From Balanoglossus misakiensis (Eukaryota; Animalia; Hemichordata), in contig CM082598.2 of NCBI GenBank assembly GCA_040954595.2, forward strand, positions 6,029,097-6,093,096: DNA of 64,000 nt, in the 5' to 3' direction. The position numbers were made by a program, and so were the translations under genes. This document shows positions 14,301 to 27,200 of this stretch, one piece after another (position 1 is the first letter of the stretch; every line of letters begins with the position of its first letter). The notes beneath the pieces were generated by a model, which was given only the letters and a program-made list of their open reading frames with translations, did no database searches and was not told the origin of the DNA.

Positions 14301-15775
14301 CACTTTCACTGCGTAGTTAATATATGCTAATGTATTCCTGTGCGTAGTTTCCTATGGTAAATTTAACTAATAAACAATGTTTTACTTTACCATCTCTCTC
14401 TCTTGTAATATGAAAGTATATGCAATGATATTTCCAGCAAGTATATTTTATAAGACAACCAACATAATAAAACTGAAAAATGGTCACATGACCATTAATT
14501 GGTCATGTGACACTGGCGGCCATAATGGATTTCTGTTGAAATATGGTAAAAACAACAGATATTGTAATATAAGTGTGTATCACAGCTGACAGACAAAAAT
14601 AGTCAAAAACAACTTCCCCCTGTATAAAAGGGAATAACAAGTGACTTTTGAGCAAGAAATTTGATCAAATTTATTAATGGACCATAAAAAGAATTATCAA
14701 ATCATGCCCACCATTTACATGTATACATGTTTAAAATCTGAGAAAGAAATAGAGTTTATTAGTGAAAAGGTGAATGATTGAATTTGTAAATAAATAATAA
14801 TAATAAAATAAATTCATTAAGTAATTTATTAAATACTCTACGTTTTAATGAATTGCAAGTTGAAGAAATCAAGATTGGTAAATATGAATATACACACATT
14901 TAAAAAAAAATTCATTAGCATAGTACTGTTTTGGCAATTCATTTCAAATGGATATAATACTCTGACAACATAGACTTCTGGCAAAGTCCCATCATGATTT
15001 GCAAAGAAACCTACGCCTTCATTTAATTCAGTGAAGTAGGCATCTAGCGAAATCTTGACCGGAAGGGCAACTCATCAATTGCAGGGTTGTCAAAAAATTG
15101 TGCGGTGTACATATCAGTTTGCTCTGACAATGACATCAACTCAAACACATCAGCACGAAAGAACAGCTGAAAAAAGTCAACGGGTGCAAAGTCATCAGTG
15201 TCAACTAATAAACCTTAGCGATGATCGTATACAGATAACCAGTCCGGTGTGTAATTGTCATTTACGTCATACAAAACCCACCGCGTGTCACCATCAGCGT
15301 TACGACATCTGAGAACATGGCAAAAACCCTCCCTCTCTCTCTGTCTCTACTCTGTTTTCTCCGTGTCTGGCTTCTATTTTTGGTTCTATGATGTTGTTGT
15401 CCGTAATTTGGCTTCCGCTATCGCTATGATCGCTGTCACTATCCTGAAAGACTTGTTCAAGAACTTCGTCGGCATCGAACTTTGCCCGTGTCGCCATTTT
15501 TAAATACCAAGTGAATGAAAAAATATGATCGGGATGACCTAAAATCAGCTGTATCAGGAAACCCTTTGATGACAAAATCGACTTGATTGTTTACAATACA
15601 TATGCGCATGCTCAATTAGGGTTGACCCCTGTCCTATATAAAGTCATACAAAATGAGTAAATAAGCAACGAACATAAAATAGAACAGACCAAGTAACGGA
15701 CGCGATCTTGGCGCATTTATGCGCCTCCCGCATTCTGACTGCCGGCGCAGAAAACGCCCTCCCGCAGCGAAAGTG
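14301..15775 (-). mobile_element. 1475-bp internally deleted piggyBac-like element
   Basis: TTAA at 14297-14300 and 15776-15779. 13-bp TIR CACTTTC(A/G)CTGCG with 12/13 match. Flanks rejoin to the macrosatellite unit end (AATGCTGCTT...TTAATTGTCTTCTTCATG). GC/CpG-rich promoter-like end at 15690-15775. Confidence 0.85.
15300..15497 (-). pseudogene. Possible remnant of a piggyBac transposase acidic N-terminus
   Basis: aaaATGGCG start ~280 bp inside the element end. MATRAKFDADEVLEQVFQDSDSDHSDS resembles the D/S-rich N-termini of piggyBac transposases. No DDD domain recognisable downstream. Confidence 0.45.
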
Positions 15776-17285
15776 TTAATTGTCTTCTTCATGACGGCCA
15801 TATTGGATTTTCTGATAATTTCTACAAGTTGACATTTATTTTCAAAACTGCAGGGCAAATCAATTACTAATTGACTGTCTGGTTCAAAGTTTGACAATAA
15901 TATCATTAGTGGTCATGTGACTTTTGATGCCTTATTGGATATTTGAAAATCTCATTAAAATTGTCATTTTTTTATCTAATCAAGTTTTCAAGTGAATTTT
16001 GATTGGTTAAATCTCATTGGAGCCAAATAAGATGTTCTAAACTCCGATTAAAAACTAAATTTTCCTATTTTAGCCTATGCATTGATTGCATACAAATTCC
16101 TTTAATGGATACGAGTCACCATACGACTAGAATATGTTACAATTTTTTGGCAACTTTCACATGTCCTTTGATCCAACCTTTTTCAACACCTAATAATACA
16201 AATTTTGGCAACTTTCATTTGTCTTTTGATCCAGATCTTTCAGAACTTAATGAAAGCTTATTGAAGCCAAATTGGATTTTATGAATTCTGATTAAAAACT
16301 AACATTTCCTTATTCTGGGCTACTCATTGATTGCACACCAATTCTTTTTATAGATACGAGTCTTCATATGACCAGAATACATTGCATTTTTTTTGGCAAC
16401 TTTCGCATGTATTTTGATCCAGTTTTATTTCAGAACTTAATTATTCGTGGATGTGCCTCTTGTTGAAAAGCACAACAGTGATGATTTTTGTCACATTAAT
16501 ATTACTGCTGCCAGGACATTACCCAAATATTTTGATAATTTTGGCATTGAACTTCGTTCAACATTTGGCACCTGTTTTCTTTTCTGAATATCTTATTGCG
16601 GCAAGACTAGTAGCACTAGAGGTTTGGTTTTGATGTATATGGACAAGTATGGGACTTAGGTATTTTTGTTACATTTGGAATCCACTGGACCAATGTTGAC
16701 CTTATTAAATATGTGCATATCTAATGCTGAGCTTACCCACATTGTTACAGGTTGAATTTTTTATGAACATGCTCTACTATTGGACTTAATTTTTTTGCTG
16801 AATTTCTTGACCAATGATAATCTTATAAATATGTGCTTACGTAATTGTAGACTAGACAATGAAGCTTTGAGTCTTGGTTTCCTTGAACATTGACCACTAT
16901 GCAATCAAAATTTTTTTTGATGGCTTTGGTTACTTTTAACCTATTTTTCCATGCCTTGGCATGCACAGCAGATAACGCCTTAAAATTTTGAAGGCTGGAG
17001 CGCCTAATAACCAGGTTAACCAATAGAGCCAGAAGTCTTGTTTTTCATTTTACACTGATCATTTTGGAAGAAAAAATTGTTGACAATTTTGGGTGAGCTC
17101 TTGGTGACCTTTGATCAACTTTCCTATAAACATAGCAGATACAGCATTGGCACTCTCTGGTATCCATAGGAACTGCTTAGACCTAGCCAATGTTGGTTGC
17201 ACCTTAATTTTTTTTAATTAATTGACCATATGCACCCCTTGACCCACAGTACGTTGTGTTGGGCTGGCTTGCCACATTAATGCTA

Positions 17286-18673
17286 TCATTAGGGGCACAA
17301 GCCAGGCCAGGTAGATCTGGAAAACCGCAGCACCTATGGGGCTGAAACTTGGTATGGTGATAGGGGCCAAGGAGTAGACCTACAGGGGCCGCGAATATTT
17401 AATTAGTCACGTGACCTGGCGGCCATATTGGATTTTCCGAAAACCGTTAAATGACTCCTCAAAAGCTACTGGGCCAATCGAGTTCAAATTTTGTGTGCAG
17501 GTAGCATACCTTCTGTCCATAATTTTACCCCATTGAAATCATGATGTCAAATATAAAGTTTTTTTGCTACAATTTTTTTTCTGAAAAACTACTTAAAACT
17601 TGAAAAATCTTCTTCTCCAGAAGCAGTGATCGCCGAGTTATGGGATTCGGGGTATGCGGTCACCTAACCTATGTCTTTCAAGTTTGCGAAGTGCACTGTG
17701 ATTGGTTGATCATTATGGCGGCCATATTGGATTTCCTGAAAACCATTGAAAATGTAAATTCCGTTTTATAGCCAAAATGTTGACACCACGGAAATTATTT
17801 TTGTGGATATAAGTCATCATATGACCGGAACTTGTCACAATTTTGGGGGGCAATTTTCACATGACCTTTGACCCAGTTTTAAACCAACTAATTATATATG
17901 CATATTCCCCATACCTCCTCTTGTAAAAGCACTACAGTCATGAATTTTGTGGACATGGGTACCAATGCTGTCAGGACATGACACAACTATTTTGGCAATG
18001 ACCTTTGACCTATTTCTGAAACATCATTTTTCTGCATATCTAAATCCAGGCTAACCAATAGGGCTCCAGGTCTGGTTTTTGTTGGACATGGCCCACTATG
18101 GGGTCAAACTTTTATGCCCAAATTTTGGGTGACCTTTGACCTACTTTCCCATATCTCAGCATCCAGAGCAGTTACAGTCCTGGCTATTGGGGGATTGACC
18201 ACCTAATAGAGTCTTACACAATACCTCATTAATTATGTGCATATCTTATTCCAAGCTAACCAACAGGGCTAGAGGTTTGGTTTTTGTTGGTTAAGGACAT
18301 GTGTGGTGTCAAAATGTTTTGCTCAAATTTTGGTGACCTCAGGTGACCTTTGACCTTCTTCCATATATCTCGGCATCCAGACAGGATAGAGCCTTGGCTT
18401 TTGGAGGGATTGAACACCTTTTGGAGTCTTTTATGTTACCTCATTAATTATGCACATATCTAATTCCAGGCTAACCAATAGGGCTAGAGGTTTGTTTTTT
18501 TGTTGGTCATGGACAAGTATGGTGTCAAAATGTTTTGCCCAAATTTGGGTGAACTCAGGTGACCTTTGACCTACTTTCCCATATCTTGGTATCCACAGCA
18601 GATACAGCTTTGGGATTCGCCGGTTATCATGGGAACCGTTTGTGCCCCACCAACGCTGCTTGCAGCTTTAATT
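17286..18673 (+). mobile_element. Structurally complete non-autonomous Helentron (HINE/DINE-1-like) element
   Basis: Subterminal inverted repeat GGGGCACAA (17292-17300) / TTGTGCCCC (18640-18648). 3' hairpin GCTGC-TT-GCAGC (18655-18666) followed by TTTAATT. Internal tandem subrepeats (GGTGACCTTTGACCT..., GCTAACCAATAGGGCT; ~210-bp spacing at 18.05-18.57 kb) and GGCGGCCATATTGGATT / ATCTTCTTCTCCAGAA motifs typical of such elements. No coding capacity. Confidence 0.7.
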
Positions 18674-18694
18674 ATCATTGATTTCATGTATTTA

Positions 18695-18795
18695 ATTCTT
18701 TCATTCTTTTTTCTTCTGTAGGTCCCACCGGTACTCTTCTTCTTCTCTCTCTCTTTCTTTCTTTCTTTCTCTTTTTTCTCTCTTCTCTTTTTTTT
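18695..18795 (+). repeat. CT-rich low-complexity tract
   Basis: Pyrimidine runs (TTCT/CTCT) seen directly. They account for the K/E-rich part of spurious ORF 18571-18981. Confidence 0.8.
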
Positions 18796-18811
18796 CCCTG
18801 TAGGCCCCAAT

Positions 18812-19400
18812 GGTAACACCATAATCAACCTACTAACGTAAAATTTGATGGATAAGTGGAGCGGAGTGTCAACCATAGTCAACCTACTAATATAAACTTT
18901 GATGGATGGATGGAGCGGAGCGTCAACCATAGTCAACCTACTAATATTAAACTTTGATGGATGGATGGAGCGGAGCGTCAACCATAGTCAACCTACTAAA
19001 TATAAACTTTGATGGATGGAAGGAGTGGAGCGTCAACCATAGTCAACCTGCTAAAATATAAACTTTGATGGATGGATGGGCTCATGGAGCATCAACTTAA
19101 ACGATGGAGATGTGGAAGGATGGAGAAGAAGAGTTTTTTTCTCTTTTTTCTCTTTTTTTTCCTGTAGGGCTCACTGGTAACACCATAATCAACCTACTAA
19201 CGTAAAATTTGATGGATGGATGGATGGAGCGGAGTGTCAACCATAGTCGACCTACTAATATTAAACTTGGATGGATGGATGGGATGGAGCGTCAACCATA
19301 GTCAACCTGCTAAAATATAAACTTTGAAGAATGGATGGTGCCGTGGAGTGTCAACTTAAAGGATGGAGAAGTGGAAGGATTGAGAAGTGGAGTTTCAACA
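18812..19400 (+). repeat. 54-55-bp minisatellite (CAACCATAGTCAACCTACTAATATAAACTTTGATGGATGGATGGAGCGGAGCGT) in two blocks duplicated at ~364-bp offset
   Basis: Units at 18870, 18924, 18979, 19034. Block start GGTAACACCATAATCAACCTACTAACG at 18812 and 19176. Confidence 0.88.
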
Positions 19401-19539
19401 TAATAAACCTATTGACCGAAATTATGAGGTAGAGTTATATAGGAGTACAAAACGAAGTGATCATAATATAAAACTTAATAGTCCAATAAATCAGGTTAAT
19501 AATTGGTAGTGATTACTTATGCTAAAAAAAGGTTAACAG

Positions 19540-20280
19540 CAATGGCTTTGTGCAGGGTATGATAATAGGTTCATAAATGTGTATGGTATAATGAAGGCGA
19601 ACAAATATGAATGGTTTAATAAAAGGGTTACAAATGTGATGATGGCTTATGGTAAAATTTGAGTGTACACAGGTTATAAAGGAGTAACAGAGGTTGCTTG
19701 TATGAAGGGAATGATTATAGGGTAACAAATGTGACTGGTATAAAAGGGTATAATAATGGGTTTATAATATGATGATGGCTTGTGTACACATGTTATAATG
19801 GGTATATGAATGAGAAGGGTATAATAAATGGTGATAACTGTGTCGGGTTTAATAAAGGTAACAATCATGGAAGGGTATAATAACGATTAATAATTGCGGT
19901 GATGGCTTATGGTGATATTAAGTATACAAGGGTGTTAATATTGATGATGATGACAGAGGCATAATAATGATATAACATTAAATACAAGGGTGTTAATATT
20001 GATGATGATGACAGAGGTATAATAATGATATAACATTAAATAAGTGTCCAGGGTCTAATAATCATGTTGGTACATTCATTGGTTAATGTGTATATTTTAT
20101 GAATAACATGCTATTATTTCTCAGATAGATAATACTCGTCAGCATCGTTATTCGGTGGAATTTCTCGCAACGGTACCCGTGATCGTATTCGCGCATCAGC
20201 ACATTGTACGCGACTGACAGGCAGAAAATGTTAGGTTAGCTAAACCTCCCCACCCCATCCAAATTCCAAATTTAGCTTAG
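19540..20280 (+). repeat. Old dispersed/tandem repeat, homologous to 53400-54065
   Basis: Shared TTCATTGGTTAATGTGTATATTTTATGAATAACATGCTATT (20075/53798) and CTCCCCACCCCATCCAAATTCCA (20246/54033). Includes a 59-bp perfect-type duplication at ~19924-20042. Confidence 0.8.
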
Positions 20281-21294
20281 ATCATGGGGTGAGAGGAGGA
20301 GAGGACAGTTTTTTTTCCTCTTTTGTAACTGGTCTGAGGTTTTTAACTGCCCTTTAGGCGCGTAAATTAGATATGTAATCATACAAGTAGTTATCTTGCT
20401 TTATTTTTAAACAATTATAATAGAGCTCTGCGAGATTATGTACACGATAGTGTGTTATATAATGCTAAGGTAAAAGTAAACTTAACCCACTAACCCATCA
20501 CTCTATTGTGTGCATAATTTGCAGGTGCTATTTTGACTGGCCCATTGTCACAGTTCAACCACATGACACCTTGTTTCAAAAAGAGCAGAAACTATTTTTG
20601 TTAATTTCTTTCAGGTTAACTACATGACACATTGTTTCAAATTGGCCTGCAAGATATACTACTTGAACCTCCGCCCCCCTCCAGCCCCCTTCCCCCCCCC
20701 AAAAAAAATAAAAATTAGGGATTAATCAATCGCTATATTATGAACATTCACATGAAAATTATGCAACCAAATTTAGAGGTATTCTGGAGGCGTCTTCTGA
20801 TGTCAGGTGGTTCAAATCCACCAATACCTAAGCTGGAAACATAACTTTTCATTGGTGTTCATATATGGCGAATAAAACATGCATATTCATATTCTCAAAT
20901 TTCAGAAATGAACAAATTGAAGTAGATTCTTTTCGATATGCCATTATAAAGCAACTTTAATCCTATTTTACCCAATTTACTCAAAATGTTGTGTTTAAAT
21001 TGCCCACAAGTAAGTCTTTTCGTATCTGCATATATTGTTAACGTTTCCGCAAAGTGTACAACTGCATGTATTGTGATCAGTATTGTGACATCTAAGGAGA
21101 ACGGGAACTGGTCAGAGAACTGGGATATGGGAGCTGACAAACTGAGTTGTTGGAAATTCAAAGAGACTAATTTGCACTTTTCCACATTTTCTTGAAATCT
21201 GACTAGGAGCTAAATAAGGCACCATACAGAAAGGTCATTCTGTCACATAGTCATAGTCCAGTGGTTAGACAATCATGGGTTCAAACCCTGGCAC
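20200..21294 (+). repeat. Left copy of ~1.1-kb direct repeat flanking the 192-bp satellite array
   Basis: Colinear with 50741-51860 (e.g. GATCATGGGGTGAGAGGAGGAGAGGACAG; TTTCATTGGTGTTCATATATGGCGAATAAAACATGCATATTCATATTCTCAAATTTCAG). Ends in a SINE head (A box 21254-21264, B box 21277-21288). Confidence 0.9.
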
Positions 21295-24200
21295 TTTGAC
21301 ATGGGTATAAAATGCATATAGGGGGATTTAAAGTTGTCTGTAAATCCCTGGATTAATACGTGGCGGAAAGCACTGTACTTTGACATTGCTAATGCAACGA
21401 TGACATTGAATGTGAAACTTTGCATTAGGGTAAATGGTGAAGCGTGCTTGATAATGCATCAAGGTCAATGGTGATGCAAGCTCTGCACTTTGACTTGGGT
21501 ATAAAATTCATGCAGGGAGATTAACATGGGTATAAAATGCATACATGGGTATTTAAAGTTGACTGCAAATCCCTGGGTTAATACATGTCCAAAAGCACTG
21601 TACTTTGACATGGGTATTAAATGCATATGGTGATTTCAAGTTGTTGAAAAATCTGTGGGTTAATACGTGTCCAAAAGCACTGTACTTTGACATTGCTAAT
21701 GCAACGATGACATTGAATCTGATTCTTTGCATCAGGGTAAATGGCGTGGCAAGCTTTATGATGCATCAGGGTAGATAGTGATGCACACACTTCACTTTGA
21801 CATGGGTATTAAATGCATATAGGGATTTCAAGTTTATGATAAATCCCTGGGTTAATACGTGTCCAAAAGCACTGTACTTTGACATTGCTAATGCAATGAT
21901 GACATTGAATCTGATTCTTTGCATCAGGGTAAATGGCGAAGCAAGCTTTGTGATGCATCAGGGTAGATAGTGATGCAAACACTTCACTTTGACATGGGTA
22001 TTAAATGCATATGGGGATTTCAAGTTGATGATAAATCCCTGGGTTAATACGTGTCCAAAAGCATTGTACTTTGACATTGCTAATGCAACGATGACATTTA
22101 ATCTGATTCTTTGCATCAGGGTAAATGGCGAAGCAAGGTTGATGATGCATCTGGGTAGATAGAGATGCAAACACTTCACTTTGACATGGGTATTAAATGC
22201 ATATGGGGATTTCAAGTTGATGATAAATCCCTGGGTTAATACGTGTCCAAAAGCACTGTACTTTGACATTGCTAATGCAATGATGACATTGAATGTGATT
22301 CTTTGCACTAGGGCAAATGGCGAAGCAAGCTTTATGATGCATCAGGGTAGATATGCAAACACGTCACTTTGACATGGGTAATAAATGCATATGGGGATTT
22401 CAAGTTGATGATAAATCCCTGGGTTAATACGTGTCCAAAAGCACTGTACCTAGACATTGCTAATGCAACAATGACATTGAATCTGATTCTTTGCATCAGG
22501 GTAAATGGCGAACCAAGGTTGATGATGCATCTGGGTAGATAGTGATGCAAACACTTCACTTTGACATGGGTATTAAATGCATATGGGGATTTCAAGTTGA
22601 TGATAGATCCCTGGGTTAATACGTGTCCTAAAGCACTGTACTTTGACATTGCTAATGCAACGATGGCATTGAATCTGATTCTTTGCATCAGCGTAAATGG
22701 CGAAGCAAGGTTGATGATGCATCAGGGTAGATAGTGATGCAAGCTCTGCACTTTGACATGGGTATAAAATGCCTACAGGGGGATTTAAAGTTGTCTGTAA
22801 ATCCCCAGGTTAATACGTGGCGGAAAGCTCTGTACTTTGACATTACTAATGCAATGGTGACATTGAATGAGATTCTTTGCATTAGGGCAAATGGCGAAGC
22901 AAGCTCAATGAAGCATCAGAGTATCAAGTTGATGATAGATCCCTGGGTTAATACATGTCCAAAAGCACTGTACTTTGACATTGCTAATGCAACAATGACA
23001 TTGAATCTGATTCTTTGCATCGGGGTAAATGGCGAAGCAAGGTTGATGATGCATCTGGGTAGATAGAGATGCAAACACTTCACTTTGACATGGGTATTAA
23101 ATGCATATGGGGATTTCAAGTTGTTGAAAAATCTGTGGGTTAATACGTGTCCAATAACACTGTACTTTGACATTGCTAATGCAACGATGACATTGAATCT
23201 GATTCTTTGCATCAGGGTAAATGGCGTGGCAAGCTTTATGATGCATCAGGGAAGATAGTGATGCACACACTTCACTTTGACATGGGTATTAAATGCATAT
23301 AGGGATTTTAAGTTTATGATAAATCCCTGGGTTAATACGTGTCCAAAAGCACTGTACTTTGACATTGCTAATGCAACGATGACATTTAATCTGATTCTTT
23401 GCATCAGGGTAAATGGCGAAGCAAGGTTGATGATGCATCTGGGTAGATAGAGATGCAAACACTTCACTTTGACATGGGTATTAAATGCATATGGGGATTT
23501 CAAGTTGATGATAAATCCCTGGGTTAATACGTGTCCAAAAGCACTGTACTTTGACATTGCTAATGCAATGATGACATTGAATGTGATTCTTTGCACTAGG
23601 GCAAATGGCGAAGCAAGCTTTATGATGCATCAGGGTAGATATGCAAACACTTCACTTTGACATGGGTATTAAATGCATATGGGGATTTCAAGTTGATGAT
23701 AAATCCCTGGGTTAATACGTGTCCAAAAGCACTGTACCTAGACATTGCTAATGCAACAATGACATTGAATCTGCTTCTTTGCATCAGGGTAAATGGCGAA
23801 GCAAGGTTGATGATGCATCTGGGTAGATAGTGATGCAAACACTTCACTTTGACATGGGTATTAAATGCATATGGGGATTTCAAGTTGATGATAGATCCCT
23901 GGGTTAATACGTGTCCTAAAGCACTGTACTTTGACATTGCTAATGCAACGATGGCATTGAATCTGATTCTTTGCATCAGCGTAAATGGCGAAGCAAGGTT
24001 GATGATGCATCAGGGTAGATAGTGATGCAAGCTCTGCACTTTGACATGGGTATAAAATGCCTACAGGGGGATTTAAAGTTGTCTGTAAATCCCCAGGTTA
24101 ATACGTGGCGGAAAGCTCTGTACTTTGACATTACTAATGCAATGGTGACATTGAATGAGATTCTTTGCATTAGGGCAAATGGCGAAGCAAGCTCAATGAT

Positions 24201-27200
24201 GCATCAGAGTATCAAGTTGATGATAGATCCCTGGGTTAATACATGTCCAAAAGCACTGTACTTTGACATTGCTAATGCAACAATGACATTGAATCTGATT
24301 CTTTGCATCGGGGTAAATGGCGAAGCAAGGTTGATGATGCATCTGGGTAGATAGAGATGCAAACACTTCACTTTGACATGGGTATTAAATGCATATGGGG
24401 ATTTCAAGTTGTTGAAAAATCTGTGGGTTAATACGTGTCCAATAGCACTGTACTTTGACATTGCTAATGCAACGATGACATTGAATCTGATTCTTTGCAT
24501 CAGGGTAAATGGCGTGGCAAGCTTTATGATGCATCAGGGTAGATAGTGATGCACACACTTCACTTTGACATGGGTATTAAATGCATATAGGGATTTCAAG
24601 TTTATGATAAATCCCTGGGTTAATACGTGTCCAAAAGCACTGTACTTTGACATTGCTAATGCAATGATGACATTGAATCTGATTCTTTGCATCAGGGTAA
24701 ATGGCGAAGCAAGCTTTGTGATGCATCAGGGTAGATAGTGATGCAAACACTTCACTTTGACATGGGTATTAAATGCATATGGGGATTTCAAGTTGATGAT
24801 AAATCCCTGGGTTAATACGTGTCCAAATGCATTGTACTTTGACATTGCTAATGCAACGATGACATTTAATCTGATTCTTTGCATCAGGGTAAATGGCGAA
24901 GCAAGGTTGATGATGCATCTGGGTAGATAGAGATGCAAACACTTCACTTTGACATGGGTATTAAATGCATATGGGGATTTCAAGTTGTTGAAAAATCTGT
25001 GGGTTAATACGTGTCCAATAGCACTGTACTTTGACATTGCTAATGCAACGATGACATTGAATCTGATTCTTTGCATCAGGGTAAATGGCGTGGCAAGCTT
25101 TATGATGCATCAGGGTAGATAGTGATGCACACACTTCACTTTGACATGGGTATTAAATGCATATGGGGATTTCAAGTTTATGATAAATCCCTGGGTTAAT
25201 ACGTGTCCAAAAGCACTGTACTTTGACATTGCTAATGCAATGATGACATTGAATCTGATTCTTTGCATCAGGGTAAATGGCGAAGCAAGCTTTGTGTTGC
25301 ATCAGGGTAGATAGTGATGCAAACACTTCACTTTGACATGGGTATTAAATGCATATGGGGATTTCAAGTTGATGATAAATCCCTGGGTTAATACGTGTCC
25401 AAAAGCATTGTACTTTGACATTGCTAATGCAACGATGACATTTAATCTGATTCTTTGCATCAGGGTAAATGGCGAAGCAAGGTTGATGATGCATCAGGGT
25501 AGATAGTGATGCAAACACTTCACTTTGACATGGGTATTAAATGCATATGGGGATTTCAAGTTGATGATAAATCCCTGGGTTAATACGTGTCCAAAAGCAC
25601 TGTACTTTGACATTGCTAATGCAACGATGACATTGAATCTGATTCTTTGCATCAGGGTAAATGGCGTGGCAAGCTTTATGATGCATCAGGGTAGATAGTG
25701 ATGCACACACTTCACTTTTACATGGGTATTAAATGCATATGGGGATTTCAAGTTGTTGAAAAATCTGTGGGTTAATACGTGTCCAAAAGCACTGTACTTT
25801 GACATTGCTAATGCATCGATGACATTGAATCTGATTCTTTGCATCAGGGTAAATGGCGAAGCAAGGATGATGATGCATCTGGGTAGATAGTGATGCAAAC
25901 ACTTCACTTTGACATGGGTATTAAATGCATATGGGGATTTCAAGTTGATGATAGATCCCTGGGTTAATACGTGTCCAAAAGCATTGTACTTTGACATTGC
26001 TAATGCAACGATGACATTTAATCTGATTCTTTGCATCAGGGTAAATGGCGAAGCAAGGTTGATGATGCATCAGGGTAGATAGTGATGCAAACACTTCACT
26101 TTGACATGGGTATTAAATGCATATGGGGATTTCAAGTTGATGATAAATCCCTGGGTTAATACGTGTCCAAAAGCACTGTACTTTGACATTGCTAATGCAA
26201 CGATGACATTGAATCTGATTCTTTGCATCAGGGTAAATGGCGAAATAAGCTTTATGATGCATCTGGGTAGATAGTGATGCAAACACTTCACTTTGACATG
26301 GGTATTAAATGCATATGGGGATTTCAAGTTGTTGAAAAATCTGTGGGTTAATACGTGTCCAAAAGCACTGTACTTTGACATTGCTAATGCATCGATGACA
26401 TTGAATCTGATTCTTTGCATCAGGGTAAATGGCGAAGCAAGGATGATGATGCATCTGGGTAGATAGTGATGCAAACACTTCACTTTGACATGGGTATTAA
26501 ATGCATATGGGGATTTCAAGTTGATGATAGATCCCTGGGTTAATACGTGTCCAAAAGCACTGTACTTTGACATTGCTAATGCAACGATGGCATTGAATCT
26601 GATTCTTTGCATCAGGGTAAATGGCGAAGCAAGGTTGATGATGCATCAGGGTAGATAGTGATGCAAGCTCTGCACTTTGACATGGGTATAAAATGCCTAC
26701 AGGGGGATTTAAAGTTGTCTGTAAATCCCCAGGTTAATACGTGGCGGAAAGCACTGTACTTTGACATTTCTAATGCAATGGTGACATAGAATCTGATTCT
26801 TTGCATCAGGGTAAATGGCGTGGCAAGCTTTATGATGCATCAGGGTAGATAGTGATGCACACACTTCACTTTGACATGGGTATTAAATGCATATGGGGAT
26901 TTCAAGTTGATGATAGATCCCTGGGTTAATACGTGTCCAAAAGCACTGTACTTTGACATTGCTAAAGCAACGATGGCATTGAATCTGACTCTTTGCATCA
27001 GGGTAAATGGCGAAGCAAGCTTTATGATGCATCAGGGTAGATATGCAAACACTTCACTTTGACATGGGTATTAAATGCATATGGGGATTTCAAGTTGATG
27101 ATAAATCCCTGGGTTAATACGTGTCCAAAAGCACTGTACTTTGACATTGCTAATGCAACGATGACATTGAATCTGATTCTTTGCATCAGGGTAAATGGCG

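Larger units (their letters stand above)
1..17220 (+). repeat. Complex tandem macrosatellite of ~0.7-1.3 kb units derived from a Helentron/HINE-like non-autonomous element
   Basis: Recurring ordered blocks (ATGGCGGCCATATTGGATTTT; GAGTCACCATATGACCAGA; AAAAGCACAACAGTCATGATTTTGTTCACATGAGTACTAC; GGAACCATGCTAACC...AATGCTGCTT...TTAATT). Unit ends at ~335, 1776, 2720, 3365, 5595, 6470, 8090, 8970, 9615, 11056, 12000, 12813, 13640, 14300/15780, 17205. Blocks are colinear with the element at 17286-18673. Units become more diverged beyond ~13 kb. Confidence 0.85.

Noticed and set aside
203-17023. Dozens of 60-115 aa ORFs recurring in the left array
   Set aside because: They recur only because the DNA is duplicated. 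Many use non-ATG starts, overlap on both strands and show no recognisable domains.
18571-18981. 136-aa K/E-rich ORF
   Set aside because: Translation of a minisatellite plus CT-rich low-complexity tract.
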